Notes under the pieces: generated by a model
What the model was told of the DNA's origin: nothing
Database searches by the model: none
Seen by the model: only the letters and a program-made list of their open reading frames with translations
Assembly (NCBI GenBank): GCA_037310415.1
Contig: CP147780.1
Coordinates: forward strand, 640,001-704,000
DNA: 64,000 nt
Direction: 5' to 3'
Origin: Candidatus Atabeyarchaeum deiterrae
GTDB taxonomy: Archaea; Asgardarchaeota; Atabeyarchaeia; Atabeyarchaeales; Atabeyarchaeaceae
In this document: piece after piece, positions 1 through 9,905 of the stretch
How positions within the stretch are numbered: position 1 is the stretch's first letter
How the letters are laid out: each line of letters starts with the position of its first letter
Position numbers and translations under genes: made by a program

Positions 1-318
1 ACTGTGGGTCAAGCGCTTCAGGAACTTGTACGGTGCAGGCATTTGGCTCCAACTTGGGACCCGAACAATCCAATAATCCCTTTGGACGAGGACTTGCTTG
101 TGTTGGAGAGAATACCCGATATCTTTCATACGGGACATATCCACGTAAACGCGGTGTCTCAATACAGGGGAGTACTTACTGTTAACTCGGGAACGTTTCA
201 ATCACAGACCTCATACCAAAGAGCGATGGGTGTGAAACCAACACCAGGCATAGTTGAGATTGTGAACCTTATGACATTAAAAGCCTCTCAGATTCAGTTT
301 GGTGTCGGGGCAGAATAA
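1..318 (+). CDS. polB: DNA polymerase D small subunit DP1, C-terminal part (5' truncated by window)
   Basis: RHLAPTW, PDIFHTGHIH and NSGTFQSQTSYQ...PTPG phosphoesterase motifs of DP1. Confidence 0.93.
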   Translation, partial: TVGQALQELVRCRHLAPTWDPNNPIIPLDEDLLVLERIPDIFHTGHIHVNAVSQYRGVLTVNSGTFQSQTSYQRAMGVKPTPGIVEIVNLMTLKASQIQFGVGAE

Positions 319-332
319 TATGATTTCCTGTG

Positions 333-1586
333 TCATAAGGTGTACTGGCGGGACAGTTTGGGGATGTAGCTTGAAACATTCTTTATCTTCTCATCTTCCT
401 CGAGAACTTCCTTGACCTGATTCTGCGGCACCAAGAGCTTTATCTTCTTGGTCCTCCCATACCGACCCTTGCTTTCCACTTTGGCGTTAATTATCCCTAG
501 CATATCCAGCTCATTTACCAGATCGCCAACACGCCTCTGTGTAAGCATGTCTAGTCCCAATTTTCCACAGAGCTCACTGTAAACCTCGAAGACACTTCCC
601 GTAACTACCTCTTCCTCACCCTGTTTCTCCAACAAGTACGTGGTGTAGAGGACTAACTTTGATTGCAGCGGCAGAGTCCTCAAGGTCTCCGTTACTGTGT
701 CGTACTCTATGCGTCCTTGAGCGGAGCGAACGTGTTTCTCGCTAACTTTGCGCTCGCCAGCTCGTTCACACAGGTCTCCAGCAACCCTCAGGAGATCTAA
801 CGCTCTGCGAGCATCTCCATGTTCGCGGGCCGCCAAGGCAGCACAGAGATTAATAACCGAATCATCAACAACTTGGTCACGAAAACCAATGGCGGCTCGT
901 TGCTTCAGAATATCCTGGAGTTCAGTGGCAGTATAAGGCGGAAAGACAACCTCCTCTTCACTAAGGCTGCTGACTACGCGCGGATCGAGATAGTCTTTGA
1001 ACCTCAAGTCATTAGATATTCCGACCAAACTAACCTTACCTTGTTTCAACGAGGTGTTAATCCTAGTCAGCTCATACAGCACATCGTCTCCATCCTTCTT
1101 GACAAGCATGTCGATCTCGTCGAGGACGATTATAATAAGTTGTCTCTTGTCGCTAATCTCTTCCAAGAAGCGTCGGTAGACCTCATCTGTAGGCAAACCT
1201 GTGAAGGGGACATCTAGGCCGATCTCTTTGCATAGATTAGCAAGAACCCGGTAGTTGGTATCCACAACTCTGCAATTCACATAGGCTGCACTTAAAGCCA
1301 AACCATCAGGCTCGGAGACCTTCGTCTTGGCGGATAGATGCTTCAGGACGTACTTCGCAGCTGCTGTCTTACCTGTGCCAGTCTTTCCGTAAATAAATAC
1401 ATTGGAAGGAACGGATCCTTTGAGTGCGGAACTCAAGATCATTCCCAAGCGAGCAATATGCTCCTCACGGTGAGGGAGCTCATCAGGAACATAAGTAGCC
1501 CTTAGCACATCTCTATTCTTAAAAATAGTTGGGGATCTAAGAAAATTGTCGAAGATATCATCCAATGATTCTTTATCGCTCGCCAT
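333..1586 (-). CDS. cdc6: Cdc6/Orc1 replication initiator (origin-associated)
   Basis: YVPDELPHRE, Walker A GKTGTGKT, VLDEID, HGDARRALDLL, C-terminal SKGRYGRT wHTH. Confidence 0.97.
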   Translation of the reverse strand: MASDKESLDDIFDNFLRSPTIFKNRDVLRATYVPDELPHREEHIARLGMILSSALKGSVPSNVFIYGKTGTGKTAAAKYVLKHLSAKTKVSEPDGLALSAAYVNCRVVDTNYRVLANLCKEIGLDVPFTGLPTDEVYRRFLEEISDKRQLIIIVLDEIDMLVKKDGDDVLYELTRINTSLKQGKVSLVGISNDLRFKDYLDPRVVSSLSEEEVVFPPYTATELQDILKQRAAIGFRDQVVDDSVINLCAALAAREHGDARRALDLLRVAGDLCERAGERKVSEKHVRSAQGRIEYDTVTETLRTLPLQSKLVLYTTYLLEKQGEEEVVTGSVFEVYSELCGKLGLDMLTQRRVGDLVNELDMLGIINAKVESKGRYGRTKKIKLLVPQNQVKEVLEEDEKIKNVSSYIPKLSRQYTL

Positions 1587-1782
1587 CGATACTAACCCTC
1601 TCTATAACAACCTTCTGAAGCGCAACAAAAAAGGAAGGTTCAGCTAATTATAGTTTTGGGAGACGAATATAAGAATCCAGTAGTGCGGCAAAACGTCCAA
1701 GGATGGCAACTAGAAGCTTGTTAACGGGAAGGTAATACCTGACTGGAACCTACGTTCCAAACCTTCAGTGCGTTTACTGAGA

Positions 1783-2265
1783 CTAGCTTCTCGGCGCAAG
1801 CATCTTCTCAGCCTCAATAACCTCATTCTTTACCTTTTCGGTCCGCACGCGATACTCGTACCCGCCCGTGACATGATGCCGCTCCACAATGCCGTTGGAA
1901 GGATCGGATAGACGGTGGAGATAAGTCGAGACGGTACTGCTCCTCAGCTTTTGACTGAAGATTCTCTCGAACTCATCCTGAAGATCACGGGAGCTGAAGG
2001 AACCGTAGCGGAAATGCTTCAACAACAAGAACTTGACCTTGTCAATAGTACTGGACAAGCCAAGCTCCCCACCTTCAAGGTCAGTGGCCTCCTTACTTAG
2101 CCTCGAATCCTTTGAATCAGAGACGCTGGATGCCAAAACGCTTGAGATATATTCACCTATCGATTCAGAGAGCATTTTGGGTATCGCCCCTTCGAAGGTC
2201 ACGGTAACCTTTCCCCTCGTCTCAGGGTCAAAGACCTCTATCTTGATCAAGTTACTCTTAACCAA
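1783..2265 (-). CDS. Winged-helix DNA-binding protein between oriC and cdc6
   Basis: FSSRDLQDEFE...STVSTYLHRL wHTH-like segment; GGTGA SD before TTG start. Confidence 0.7.
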   Translation of the reverse strand: MVKSNLIKIEVFDPETRGKVTVTFEGAIPKMLSESIGEYISSVLASSVSDSKDSRLSKEATDLEGGELGLSSTIDKVKFLLLKHFRYGSFSSRDLQDEFERIFSQKLRSSTVSTYLHRLSDPSNGIVERHHVTGGYEYRVRTEKVKNEVIEAEKMLAPRS

Positions 2266-2299
2266 AAGAAACTCACCGGGAGCACCAGAACCTCAGTAA

Positions 2300-2900
2300 T
2301 CATTCACAGTTAGTGAATTCACAGGTATTAAAGGCTAACTACAATACTCACAAACTAAGCACTCAAGAACATAACTGAAAAAGTATATCCAAAAATCAAC
2401 CGCAACAAGCGGATCTTGGGCAAGGGGGAAAAAGTCGAACACTATAAGTGGTGCGCAGAGGGATCCACTCACAACTGTGAAAAAATGGAATTGGAATGTG
2501 AAAGGATAATGAGGAGTCGACTTCTCCAGTGGAAATAGGGGGGTTAAGGAAAGCCATTTCCCGCCAAAAAGACTGAAAACAGCCCAGAATAAACAAACAG
2601 GACGACTCTTAAAGGGAGCCCAGTATTGATTTCACAAAAAGAAATTCACAGATTCACAATGGCAGCTGACACATCGCTTACTAGGTGGCACCCCATCATT
2701 TCCAATAGAACTGACCAGTTTAACTAGTTCTTGACTGACTATATGTTCAAAAGATTAGTTAAAATTATAGCGCAATCTTGATAAGAATAGATATATGCTA
2801 AACAAATCACTTTAAACTGGGCTCTCTTGCGCACTGGATATCAAACCTAACTCACCCGACACCCTTGCGAGGTTCCAGTGGAAACGACAGGGTAGGGGTC
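2300..2900. promoter_or_regulatory. Replication origin (oriC) with three ORB elements
   Basis: TCTCCAGTGGAAATAGGGGGG (2523-2543 +), GTTCTATTGGAAATGATGGGG (2691-2711 -), GTTCCAGTGGAAACGACAGGG (from 2872 +); AT-rich tract ~2715-2820; near cdc6. Confidence 0.88.
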
Positions 2901-3043
2901 CCCATACTACCCGGATTGTTCTGACCTTATATGGACAAGTTCATCACTCAATACAGGAGACCACAATTCTTCTCCTAGATGCGACAGTCCCGGATCGCCG
3001 ACTACTGTCCTACTACACACTCGCTACCTGCCGTTTATTGTCT

Positions 3044-3190
3044 TCTTATGTAACATTGATACTAGACGTTACCTAAGACAATAGGACTGCTTCTCGACCA
3101 TTTGATCTGGCAGTACGCGAGTCTTCCGAGACGAAAAGCAGATAAGCCTTATCATCTGTTACATAAGAGGAGATGAGATGTTACCTAAGA
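3044..3190. repeat. Four copies of GTTAC(A/C)TAAGA
   Basis: 3044-3054 (-), 3068-3078, 3158-3168, 3180-3190 (+). Confidence 0.85.
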
Positions 3191-3205
3191 GAAGGGAATG
3201 TTCAC

Positions 3206-3571
3206 ATGATGGGGTTGACTGAGAGGGTTGAGTTGCTGTTTGGCAGGAAGAAGCGGATCGCCAATGAGATGGCCGGTCTTGCGTCCGCATTTGGTATAGA
3301 CCAGGGCAAGCTAGAGACTGGTGGTTGTCTGCGACTGGAAGATGTATACTGTGTTAAGCGCGGCAAGAGATACGGTCCTTACGGCCCGTACTACTACCTT
3401 TACTTTCACCGGACAGAAAAGATGGAGAAGCGGTATGTTGGGAAGAGGGCGGACCGATTGAAAGTAAGACAGGAGGTTAATGGGAAGTTAAGGGAGCTCG
3501 AGGCAGAGTACAAGAAGATCTTATCAGTTGAGCGGAGGTTGGCGAAGGCGCTGGGAATGCCTGCGGTCTGA
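3206..3571 (+). CDS. Small basic hypothetical protein with GPYYYLY motif
   Basis: Open frame; YGPYGPYYYLY...KRYVGK motif and C-terminal coiled coil. Confidence 0.6.
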   Translation: MMGLTERVELLFGRKKRIANEMAGLASAFGIDQGKLETGGCLRLEDVYCVKRGKRYGPYGPYYYLYFHRTEKMEKRYVGKRADRLKVRQEVNGKLRELEAEYKKILSVERRLAKALGMPAV

Positions 3572-3665
3572 TGTCAACCATGAGACGTTTTGAGAAAGCT
3601 TTTCTATCTGTTCTGTTATCCACTTAAATGAATCTGGATTTGCTCAAGAATTGTGGTGTCTCTAC

Positions 3666-4436
3666 ATGAGCATTATGAAGATTGTCGCCCTGTGTAACCA
3701 GAAGGGTGGTGTCGGTAAGACGACTAGCGCTGTTAATCTCAGCGTTGCACTCGGCATGCTTGGGAAAAAGGTCTTGTTGCTTGATCTGGATCCTCAGGCG
3801 AACTCCTCTGTTTCATTTTTCGGTTTTGATGTGTTCAACGCTTCACTCTCAATGTACAATGTCTTAGTTGACGAGAAAGTTGGCGTCCGCGACGTCATCA
3901 GGCGGACGGAGGAGGGGATTGATCTTTTGCCATCAAACCTGAATCTTGCTGGGGCTGAGCTTGAGTTGACTGGTTCCATAGCGGGTGAGACGGCTCTTAA
4001 GGACAAGCTTGCTGCGGTGCAAAATGATTACGACTATACATTTATTGATTGTCCACCTGCTTTGAATATCTTTACCATTAACGCTTTGGTTGCGGCCACT
4101 GATGTTTTTGTCTGTATTCAACCATCGTTTCTGCCAATGGTGGGAACTGAGCAGCTAACTAGAACCATCAAGATTGTCAAAGACAGACTCAACAAGCAGC
4201 TTAGGATATCTGGTGTCATTCTGACCATGTGCGATGAGCGAAAGATTATCTCTCGAGAGTCTATCAACGAAATCAATCGCTACTTCAGTGACGTTGTATT
4301 TGAGGCACGGATACGAATTGACGTGAAACTTGAAGAGGCCCCCTCATACACAAAATCCATATTCAAATATGCGCCAGATTCACGTGGCGCTGAGGACTAC
4401 ATGAATCTGGCCAAGGAAGTGATTAGACGTGTCTAA
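3666..4436 (+). CDS. parA: ParA/Soj family ATPase
   Basis: Deviant Walker A NQKGGVGKTT, DLDPQAN, IDCPP, EAPS. Confidence 0.95.
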   Translation: MSIMKIVALCNQKGGVGKTTSAVNLSVALGMLGKKVLLLDLDPQANSSVSFFGFDVFNASLSMYNVLVDEKVGVRDVIRRTEEGIDLLPSNLNLAGAELELTGSIAGETALKDKLAAVQNDYDYTFIDCPPALNIFTINALVAATDVFVCIQPSFLPMVGTEQLTRTIKIVKDRLNKQLRISGVILTMCDERKIISRESINEINRYFSDVVFEARIRIDVKLEEAPSYTKSIFKYAPDSRGAEDYMNLAKEVIRRV

Positions 4437-5250
4437 TGAGAGTAAGCGAAGGCGGCTCGGCGCTACAGTTCTCGGCGAATTAGGTAAGCTGGCGAAGAGT
4501 TATGGAGTTCAAAAGATACCTCTCAACGAGATCGACTTGGAGGATCCGAAGTTTAGAACGCGGTACGACCTAGGCGAGAAACAGATTGTTGAGTTGGCAG
4601 ATTCCATTAGAAGTGAGGGTTTGATCAACCCTATTGTTGTGCGACGCAGGGCTGATTCAAAGTATCAACTGATATCTGGGTTCAGAAGGGTCGAAGCTGT
4701 CCGAAAACTTGGGGAGGACGCGGTTGATGCTATTGTGGTCAATGTTGATGATGATAGAGCCCTTAGAATTGCTGTCTCTGAGAACTTGAAGAGAAAGAGT
4801 CTCACACCTCTTGAGATTGGGTTGATGTGCGATAGATTGGTTAAAGAAGGTAGGTCCTATGATGAAGTCGGGCGGATGATGGGTCTTTCAGCCAAGCAAA
4901 TCCAACGTTATCTTCGTACATTGAAGTTGAATGAGGAAGTCAGGAAATCATTGAACGATGGAGCAATCAACTTTTTCACGGCTCTCGAAATAGGAAAAGT
5001 GGACGGCGCCGTCCAGTCTGCTTTATTAAAGAGGGTCTTGAAGGAGAAGCTGTCCACAAGGGACGTCTCCCAACTGGTGCAAGAAATGAGGAGAAGCGAG
5101 AAGAGAAAGAATATCATCGAGGATCTGCCTAACGTGAAGTTCAAGAAAGGTCAGATCATAATCGACTTGACTGGTGTTGAGTTGGTCAAGACTCTCAAAG
5201 CCCTTCTGAGGGAAGCTGAGAAGGGCACGATCCAGAATGCCATTAATTAG
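4429..5250 (+). CDS. parB: ParB/Spo0J family partition protein
   Basis: ELADSIRSEGLINPIVVR, SGFRR (GxRR), ENLKRKSLTPLE, HTH; overlaps parA end. Confidence 0.92.
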   Translation: MSNESKRRRLGATVLGELGKLAKSYGVQKIPLNEIDLEDPKFRTRYDLGEKQIVELADSIRSEGLINPIVVRRRADSKYQLISGFRRVEAVRKLGEDAVDAIVVNVDDDRALRIAVSENLKRKSLTPLEIGLMCDRLVKEGRSYDEVGRMMGLSAKQIQRYLRTLKLNEEVRKSLNDGAINFFTALEIGKVDGAVQSALLKRVLKEKLSTRDVSQLVQEMRRSEKRKNIIEDLPNVKFKKGQIIIDLTGVELVKTLKALLREAEKGTIQNAIN

Positions 5251-5320
5251 CCCTCATACCGGTCGATGGTTTGACAAGGTTTATCAATCCGTATACTTTT
5301 TTGTATACGGGTGAAGTTCA

Positions 5321-5872
5321 TTGTTTGACAGGGCTTCTGAGCCTGAAGGTACAGCAGAATCCTTCAGAAAGCTCTTCAGTGACCCTATTGTGAAGAGGCT
5401 CTTGAAAGACTCTAACCTGACTAAGATACAATTTGAGACTCTTCTAATCAACTCGGTCTTTGATGAAATGGTTGGTAAAGACGGTGGAATGTATGACAAG
5501 AAGGCCAGCAGCAGGGTATACAAGGAATCCTTTAGAGCTTGGCACGCCAAGTCGTATCCCAAGGGTGTCTCCCGAGGTGCTTTCCGCCGTGTTCTCTTTC
5601 AAGCAAGTCGGAACGTGATCCGCTCCATCTACACGCTCTTCCTGCTTGGATACATAGGTATCTTGGAGACGCCAGGATTGCAGGGTTATATGGAACTATC
5701 TGAGATGGTGACTGAGTACAAACGCAAAATGGAGCAAAGACAACAAAAGAATCTGGTCAGAGAGCCACTTGGTGGAGAGGCCTTGAAACTGTTGGAGAAG
5801 AGTCTACTGAAGATAATCGACCAGTATGCATATCCGTTCACCGTTTTGGGTAAAGGAAACAATCGTGATTAG
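5321..5872 (+). CDS. Conserved archaeal hypothetical protein (HTH-like)
   Basis: 183-aa ORF; GVSRGAFRRVL...SIYTLFLLGYIG segment. Confidence 0.65.
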   Translation: MFDRASEPEGTAESFRKLFSDPIVKRLLKDSNLTKIQFETLLINSVFDEMVGKDGGMYDKKASSRVYKESFRAWHAKSYPKGVSRGAFRRVLFQASRNVIRSIYTLFLLGYIGILETPGLQGYMELSEMVTEYKRKMEQRQQKNLVREPLGGEALKLLEKSLLKIIDQYAYPFTVLGKGNNRD

Positions 5873-5969
5873 TATTCCGTCCCGGATCCATTTCTGTAGT
5901 CTTGAACCGTTGAAGATGAAGGGTTGCTGACCTGTAAGATTACTCGGATTACCAAGTGGTGAGATCTGA

Positions 5970-6545
5970 TTGTACCAACTGCCAAGACCAGAGGATATTA
6001 AGCGGCTAAGAAAGGATGTGAGCCTCACTCAGATCGAACTGGCCAAACGAGCCAGGGTCAGTCAATCACTCATAGCCAGGATAGAGTCCGGAACGGTTGA
6101 CCCGCGTATGTCTACGCTGAGAAGAATTCTTGAAGTCATGAATGACTGCTATCTCAGTAAGAGCCCTCGGGTGACTGTCTCTCAGGTTATGTGTTCTCCC
6201 GTGTTCTTTGTCAAAGCTACAGACTTTGTGCATACTGCCATTGAGTTGATGGAGAAGCATGGTGTCTCACAATTGCCAGTAATGAAAGATGAATCTCTCG
6301 TCGGCACTATCAGTGAAGCCACAGTAATCCGGCATATATCCTCTGGAAAGAATGTCTTCAACTCTACGGTGAATGACATTATGGACGAGAGTCTGCCCTC
6401 AGTTCCGCCTTCCACAGGTATGGACGAAGCTTCTGAACTCATGTCCAGAGGACATCCTGCAGTACTTGTCGTAGATAGGGGAAGAATCGTAGGTATCGTG
6501 ACAAAGATCGATCTTATAAGTCACCGTTCCCGATACAAAAAGTAA
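5970..6545 (+). CDS. HTH + CBS-pair transcriptional regulator
   Basis: LTQIELAKRARVSQSLIARIESGTVDPR, then two CBS domains. Confidence 0.9.
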   Translation: MYQLPRPEDIKRLRKDVSLTQIELAKRARVSQSLIARIESGTVDPRMSTLRRILEVMNDCYLSKSPRVTVSQVMCSPVFFVKATDFVHTAIELMEKHGVSQLPVMKDESLVGTISEATVIRHISSGKNVFNSTVNDIMDESLPSVPPSTGMDEASELMSRGHPAVLVVDRGRIVGIVTKIDLISHRSRYKK

Positions 6546-6564
6546 GCTTGGCAAAGGCAGGTTC

Positions 6565-7446
6565 TTACCGTAGTCTAAGGTACTTGTCCCATTGATGGCT
6601 AACCCATTTCTTTATCACGTCAACATCTTCTTTGGTTAAACCATCGTACCTTCCTTGTATCTTGAGGTACTCCTCTATAGGGGTTCTCTTTGCCGGATCC
6701 ACGAGATTCTTGCTTGGGCCAGTTAGTTCCAGTTTTTCGTTACTGATCTCGAAGAGGATCCACATCCCCGAGGTTATAGCTCTTCGTCCTACCTCCACAG
6801 TCAGGCTACCGTCACACAGCCATCCCGATGGACACGGAGCTAGTATATGAAGATACCTAGTCCCCTTTAGATCCTTTGCTTTTTTCACTTTGTCGTACAA
6901 GTCCCTAGGATAGGATGGACATGCTGTTGCAACATATTCGATCTCGTGAGAGGCCATAATCATAGGAAGATCCTTTTTTTTCTCCCGCTTCCCCGTCGGC
7001 GTAGTCGTAGTTTTCATGCCGTAAGGTGTCGCTCCAGAACGCTGGATTCCTGTGTTCATGTATGCCTCGTTATCATAGCATATGTAAAGGAAATTCGTTC
7101 CACGTTCTGCTGCACCCGACAATGCCTGTATCCCTATATCGGCCGTTCCTCCATCTCCAGCCCATGACAGAACTGTAATATCATCCTCTCTTCTCGCCTC
7201 CAGTGCAGCCACTATTCCTGAGGCTGCCGCTGCGGCTGCAGCGAATGCGATGTTGAGAGTAGGAATGTCAAGGGCAGATCTTGGGTATAGCCCTTGGATC
7301 ACGCTTGTGCAACAAGCAGGCACGACCATAATCGTCCTATTTCCAAGGGCCTTCAAGGTATATCTAAGTGCAAGAGTTGCGCCACAGCCGGCGCATGAAC
7401 TGTTTCCTGGTAAAAGTAATTCCTCTTCTGGAAATCCGAGTATCAT
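6565..7446 (-). CDS. porB: 2-oxoacid (pyruvate):ferredoxin oxidoreductase beta subunit
   Basis: CAGCG, TPP motif GDGG...YDNEAYMNTGIQ. Confidence 0.93.
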   Translation of the reverse strand: MILGFPEEELLLPGNSSCAGCGATLALRYTLKALGNRTIMVVPACCTSVIQGLYPRSALDIPTLNIAFAAAAAAASGIVAALEARREDDITVLSWAGDGGTADIGIQALSGAAERGTNFLYICYDNEAYMNTGIQRSGATPYGMKTTTTPTGKREKKKDLPMIMASHEIEYVATACPSYPRDLYDKVKKAKDLKGTRYLHILAPCPSGWLCDGSLTVEVGRRAITSGMWILFEISNEKLELTGPSKNLVDPAKRTPIEEYLKIQGRYDGLTKEDVDVIKKWVSHQWDKYLRLR

Positions 7447-7453
7447 CTTCCTG

Positions 7454-8653
7454 TCACGCTCCCTTTTTTAGGTCAAACCATTTCTCTTCCTCTTTCGTTC
7501 CACCTTTCTCGAGCAACTTTATCGTCTCCTGGAAGATGGTTACCTGGTGGCTTGGGGTAATGTCTCGGCCTCCTAGACCAAGTACGAAACCAAATACCAA
7601 TGGTTGCTCTTTCAATCCGTAGAGCGCCCCCTTTGTCTCGGTAAACGCTGCGCCTCCAGATCCATAGGATATATCTCTATCTAGGACTGCGAACGCTTTC
7701 ACATGCTCTGCGAGGCTTCTTAGCTCATCGCGTGGAAAAGGTCTGAACATTCTGAGTTTTGCCGCTCCCACTTTGTTCCCCGCGTCTCTTAGCTCGTCAA
7801 CAGCTGCTCTTGCCTGAGCTGCCAGGGTACCCATGCTTATCATTACGACTTCTGCATCTTCGCAGCGATACTCCTGGATCAATCCGTCGTAGGTCCTTCC
7901 GAATTTGCTTTTGAACTCTCGATCGACTTCCCTTAGCGTCTTTCTGACATTTTCCATCGCTTCGTGAGCGAAGTATCTGTGCTCCATATACGAGGGGACA
8001 TTCTCCCCTTCTGTTCCATCCATATTGAGACTCCCTATCGTCATCGGGTTATCAACATCGAGCAATAGATGTTTCTTGGGATCGTGAGGTATGAATTCAT
8101 CAACATCTTCTTGGTTTGGGAGTTCCAATGGCTGTGAGGTATGCGAAAGTATGAAACCGTCCAAGCATATCATTGAAGGTAGAAGTGTCTGTTCAGAGAT
8201 TCTATAGGCTTGGATTACTGTGTCGAATATCTCTTGATTGCTTTCGACGTAGAACTGTATCCAGCCTGTATCTCTCTGCGAGATCGAATCGTTATGATCT
8301 ACATGGATGTTCCATGGCCCAACTGCCCTGTTTACTACACACATGACAACTGGCAGTCGCATCATGCTGGTCCAGTGAAGCATTTCATGCATGTAGAGTA
8401 ACCCATGTGAGGACGTTGCTGTGAATACTCGCGCCCCGGCTGCCGAGGCACCTACACACGCTGCCATGGCGGAGTGTTCCGATTCCACTCTCACGTATTT
8501 TGCTTTCATTTCACCCTTCTCAATTATCTTAGCAAGCCCCTCAACTATTGTGGTCTGAGGAGTAATCGGGTAAGCTGCAACAACCTCAACTCTTGCAAAC
8601 CTTGCCGCTTCAGCAGCAGTATAGTTACCTGTAGTGACTATTATTCGGCCCAT
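7454..8653 (-). CDS. porA: 2-oxoacid:ferredoxin oxidoreductase alpha subunit
   Basis: AAYPITPQT, VESEHSAM, GLGGRD. Confidence 0.93.
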   Translation of the reverse strand: MGRIIVTTGNYTAAEAARFARVEVVAAYPITPQTTIVEGLAKIIEKGEMKAKYVRVESEHSAMAACVGASAAGARVFTATSSHGLLYMHEMLHWTSMMRLPVVMCVVNRAVGPWNIHVDHNDSISQRDTGWIQFYVESNQEIFDTVIQAYRISEQTLLPSMICLDGFILSHTSQPLELPNQEDVDEFIPHDPKKHLLLDVDNPMTIGSLNMDGTEGENVPSYMEHRYFAHEAMENVRKTLREVDREFKSKFGRTYDGLIQEYRCEDAEVVMISMGTLAAQARAAVDELRDAGNKVGAAKLRMFRPFPRDELRSLAEHVKAFAVLDRDISYGSGGAAFTETKGALYGLKEQPLVFGFVLGLGGRDITPSHQVTIFQETIKLLEKGGTKEEEKWFDLKKGA

Positions 8654-8656
8654 TAC

Positions 8657-8938
8657 CTATTCACTCTCCCTCTTCATCTCTATTGCCTTGGACTTGCACT
8701 CTCTGGCGCAAATCCCACATCCCTTGCAGTAGCTAAAGTCAATCTCGGGTAGGTCACCCTTACCTTTTGATATTGCGGCTTCTGGGCAATATTGCCAGCA
8801 TAACATGCACTTTTTGCATTTCTCGTTGGTTATTACGGGTTTGAAGGTTCTCCAGAGACCTGTTTTTCCGCCTGCTCCCTTCGTGGGCTCTGCGTACTCT
8901 GTTATTTGACTGTTTTTTCTCTCTGTTCCTTTTCGCAT
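8657..8938 (-). CDS. porD: 2-oxoacid:ferredoxin oxidoreductase delta subunit
   Basis: TGLWRTFKP; two CxxCxxCxxxC motifs. Confidence 0.92.
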   Translation of the reverse strand: MRKGTERKNSQITEYAEPTKGAGGKTGLWRTFKPVITNEKCKKCMLCWQYCPEAAISKGKGDLPEIDFSYCKGCGICARECKSKAIEMKRESE

Positions 8939-8957
8939 TCGCCTTCACCTTCTATGA

Positions 8958-9560
8958 CTACTCCCTGACGGCAATCTGCTGACGCGGCAAAGACAGTCTC
9001 TTATAAGCCTCTTCTGTTGCTCTGGAGTTCTTTTCTCCGACTTCGCCTTTCCACTCCTCAAGAACGGCTCTGCGTATGCTTTCCAAGGATACCAGTTTTG
9101 TTGCTTTCGAGAATGCTCCAAGCATTGGGGTACTTACTACAGGCTGTCCAGCGAGAATCAGACCGAGTTCGAGTGATATTCCGGTCGCGTCGACAACGAA
9201 CAGATTAGTATCACTTAGGTCAAGATCACTTGAATGCTTGGTTGTGTTCACAATCAAAAACGTATCGGACTTTGCTCCCTCCAGTACGTTTGTGATCTTC
9301 ATTATGGTGGAATCGAGCACGATCACAACGTCAGGATTGTATATCTGACTGTGAACCAGGATTGAGTCTTTTGATATCCTAGTAAATGCCTTTATTGGAG
9401 CTCCTCTTCTCTCTGCTCCGAAAAATGGGAAGGCTTGCGAATCCTTGAAGTTGTTGTATATTGCTGCTTTGGCTAATAGATTGGCCGCTGTAACAGCTCC
9501 TTGCCCGCCACGTCCATGCCATCTTATTTCCCAAATCTTTTCCGCCATGATATCTGGCAT
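8958..9560 (-). CDS. porG: 2-oxoacid:ferredoxin oxidoreductase gamma subunit
   Basis: EIRWHGRGGQGAVTA, FGAERRGAP. Confidence 0.93.
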   Translation of the reverse strand: MPDIMAEKIWEIRWHGRGGQGAVTAANLLAKAAIYNNFKDSQAFPFFGAERRGAPIKAFTRISKDSILVHSQIYNPDVVIVLDSTIMKITNVLEGAKSDTFLIVNTTKHSSDLDLSDTNLFVVDATGISLELGLILAGQPVVSTPMLGAFSKATKLVSLESIRRAVLEEWKGEVGEKNSRATEEAYKRLSLPRQQIAVRE

Positions 9561-9905
9561 CTCCGTACCTATTCCACAAAAAACACGTGAGGCGCTGACT
9601 TCTTGCTCGGTCTGGAGAAAGTGTTTGATCTTCTATCCAAGTAACATTCCCGTGCTTGAGTCGGAGGTTAATCCCTCTTTCTCTCTCCAACATCCATTAG
9701 AAGCTATTGTTATAAATCAATTATTAGTTTATGTTTGTTCATTCCTCATGTATGCACAAAGAACTTTCGAAAGACAAATATTCGAGAATAAATTGCATAT
9801 TTCCATAAGTGCATCAGTCTTTTGTCACCGATTTTGTGAGCGTGCTCCGCTGATAGCTATGCTAAACCACGATTTGCATGAATTGGCAACTTCGTCGGAG
9901 AGTGA

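Noticed and set aside
7985-8030. Apparent short insertion in PorA as a hidden in-frame intron
   Set aside because: Pairing is only partial, and the implied excision of 32 nt would break the frame.
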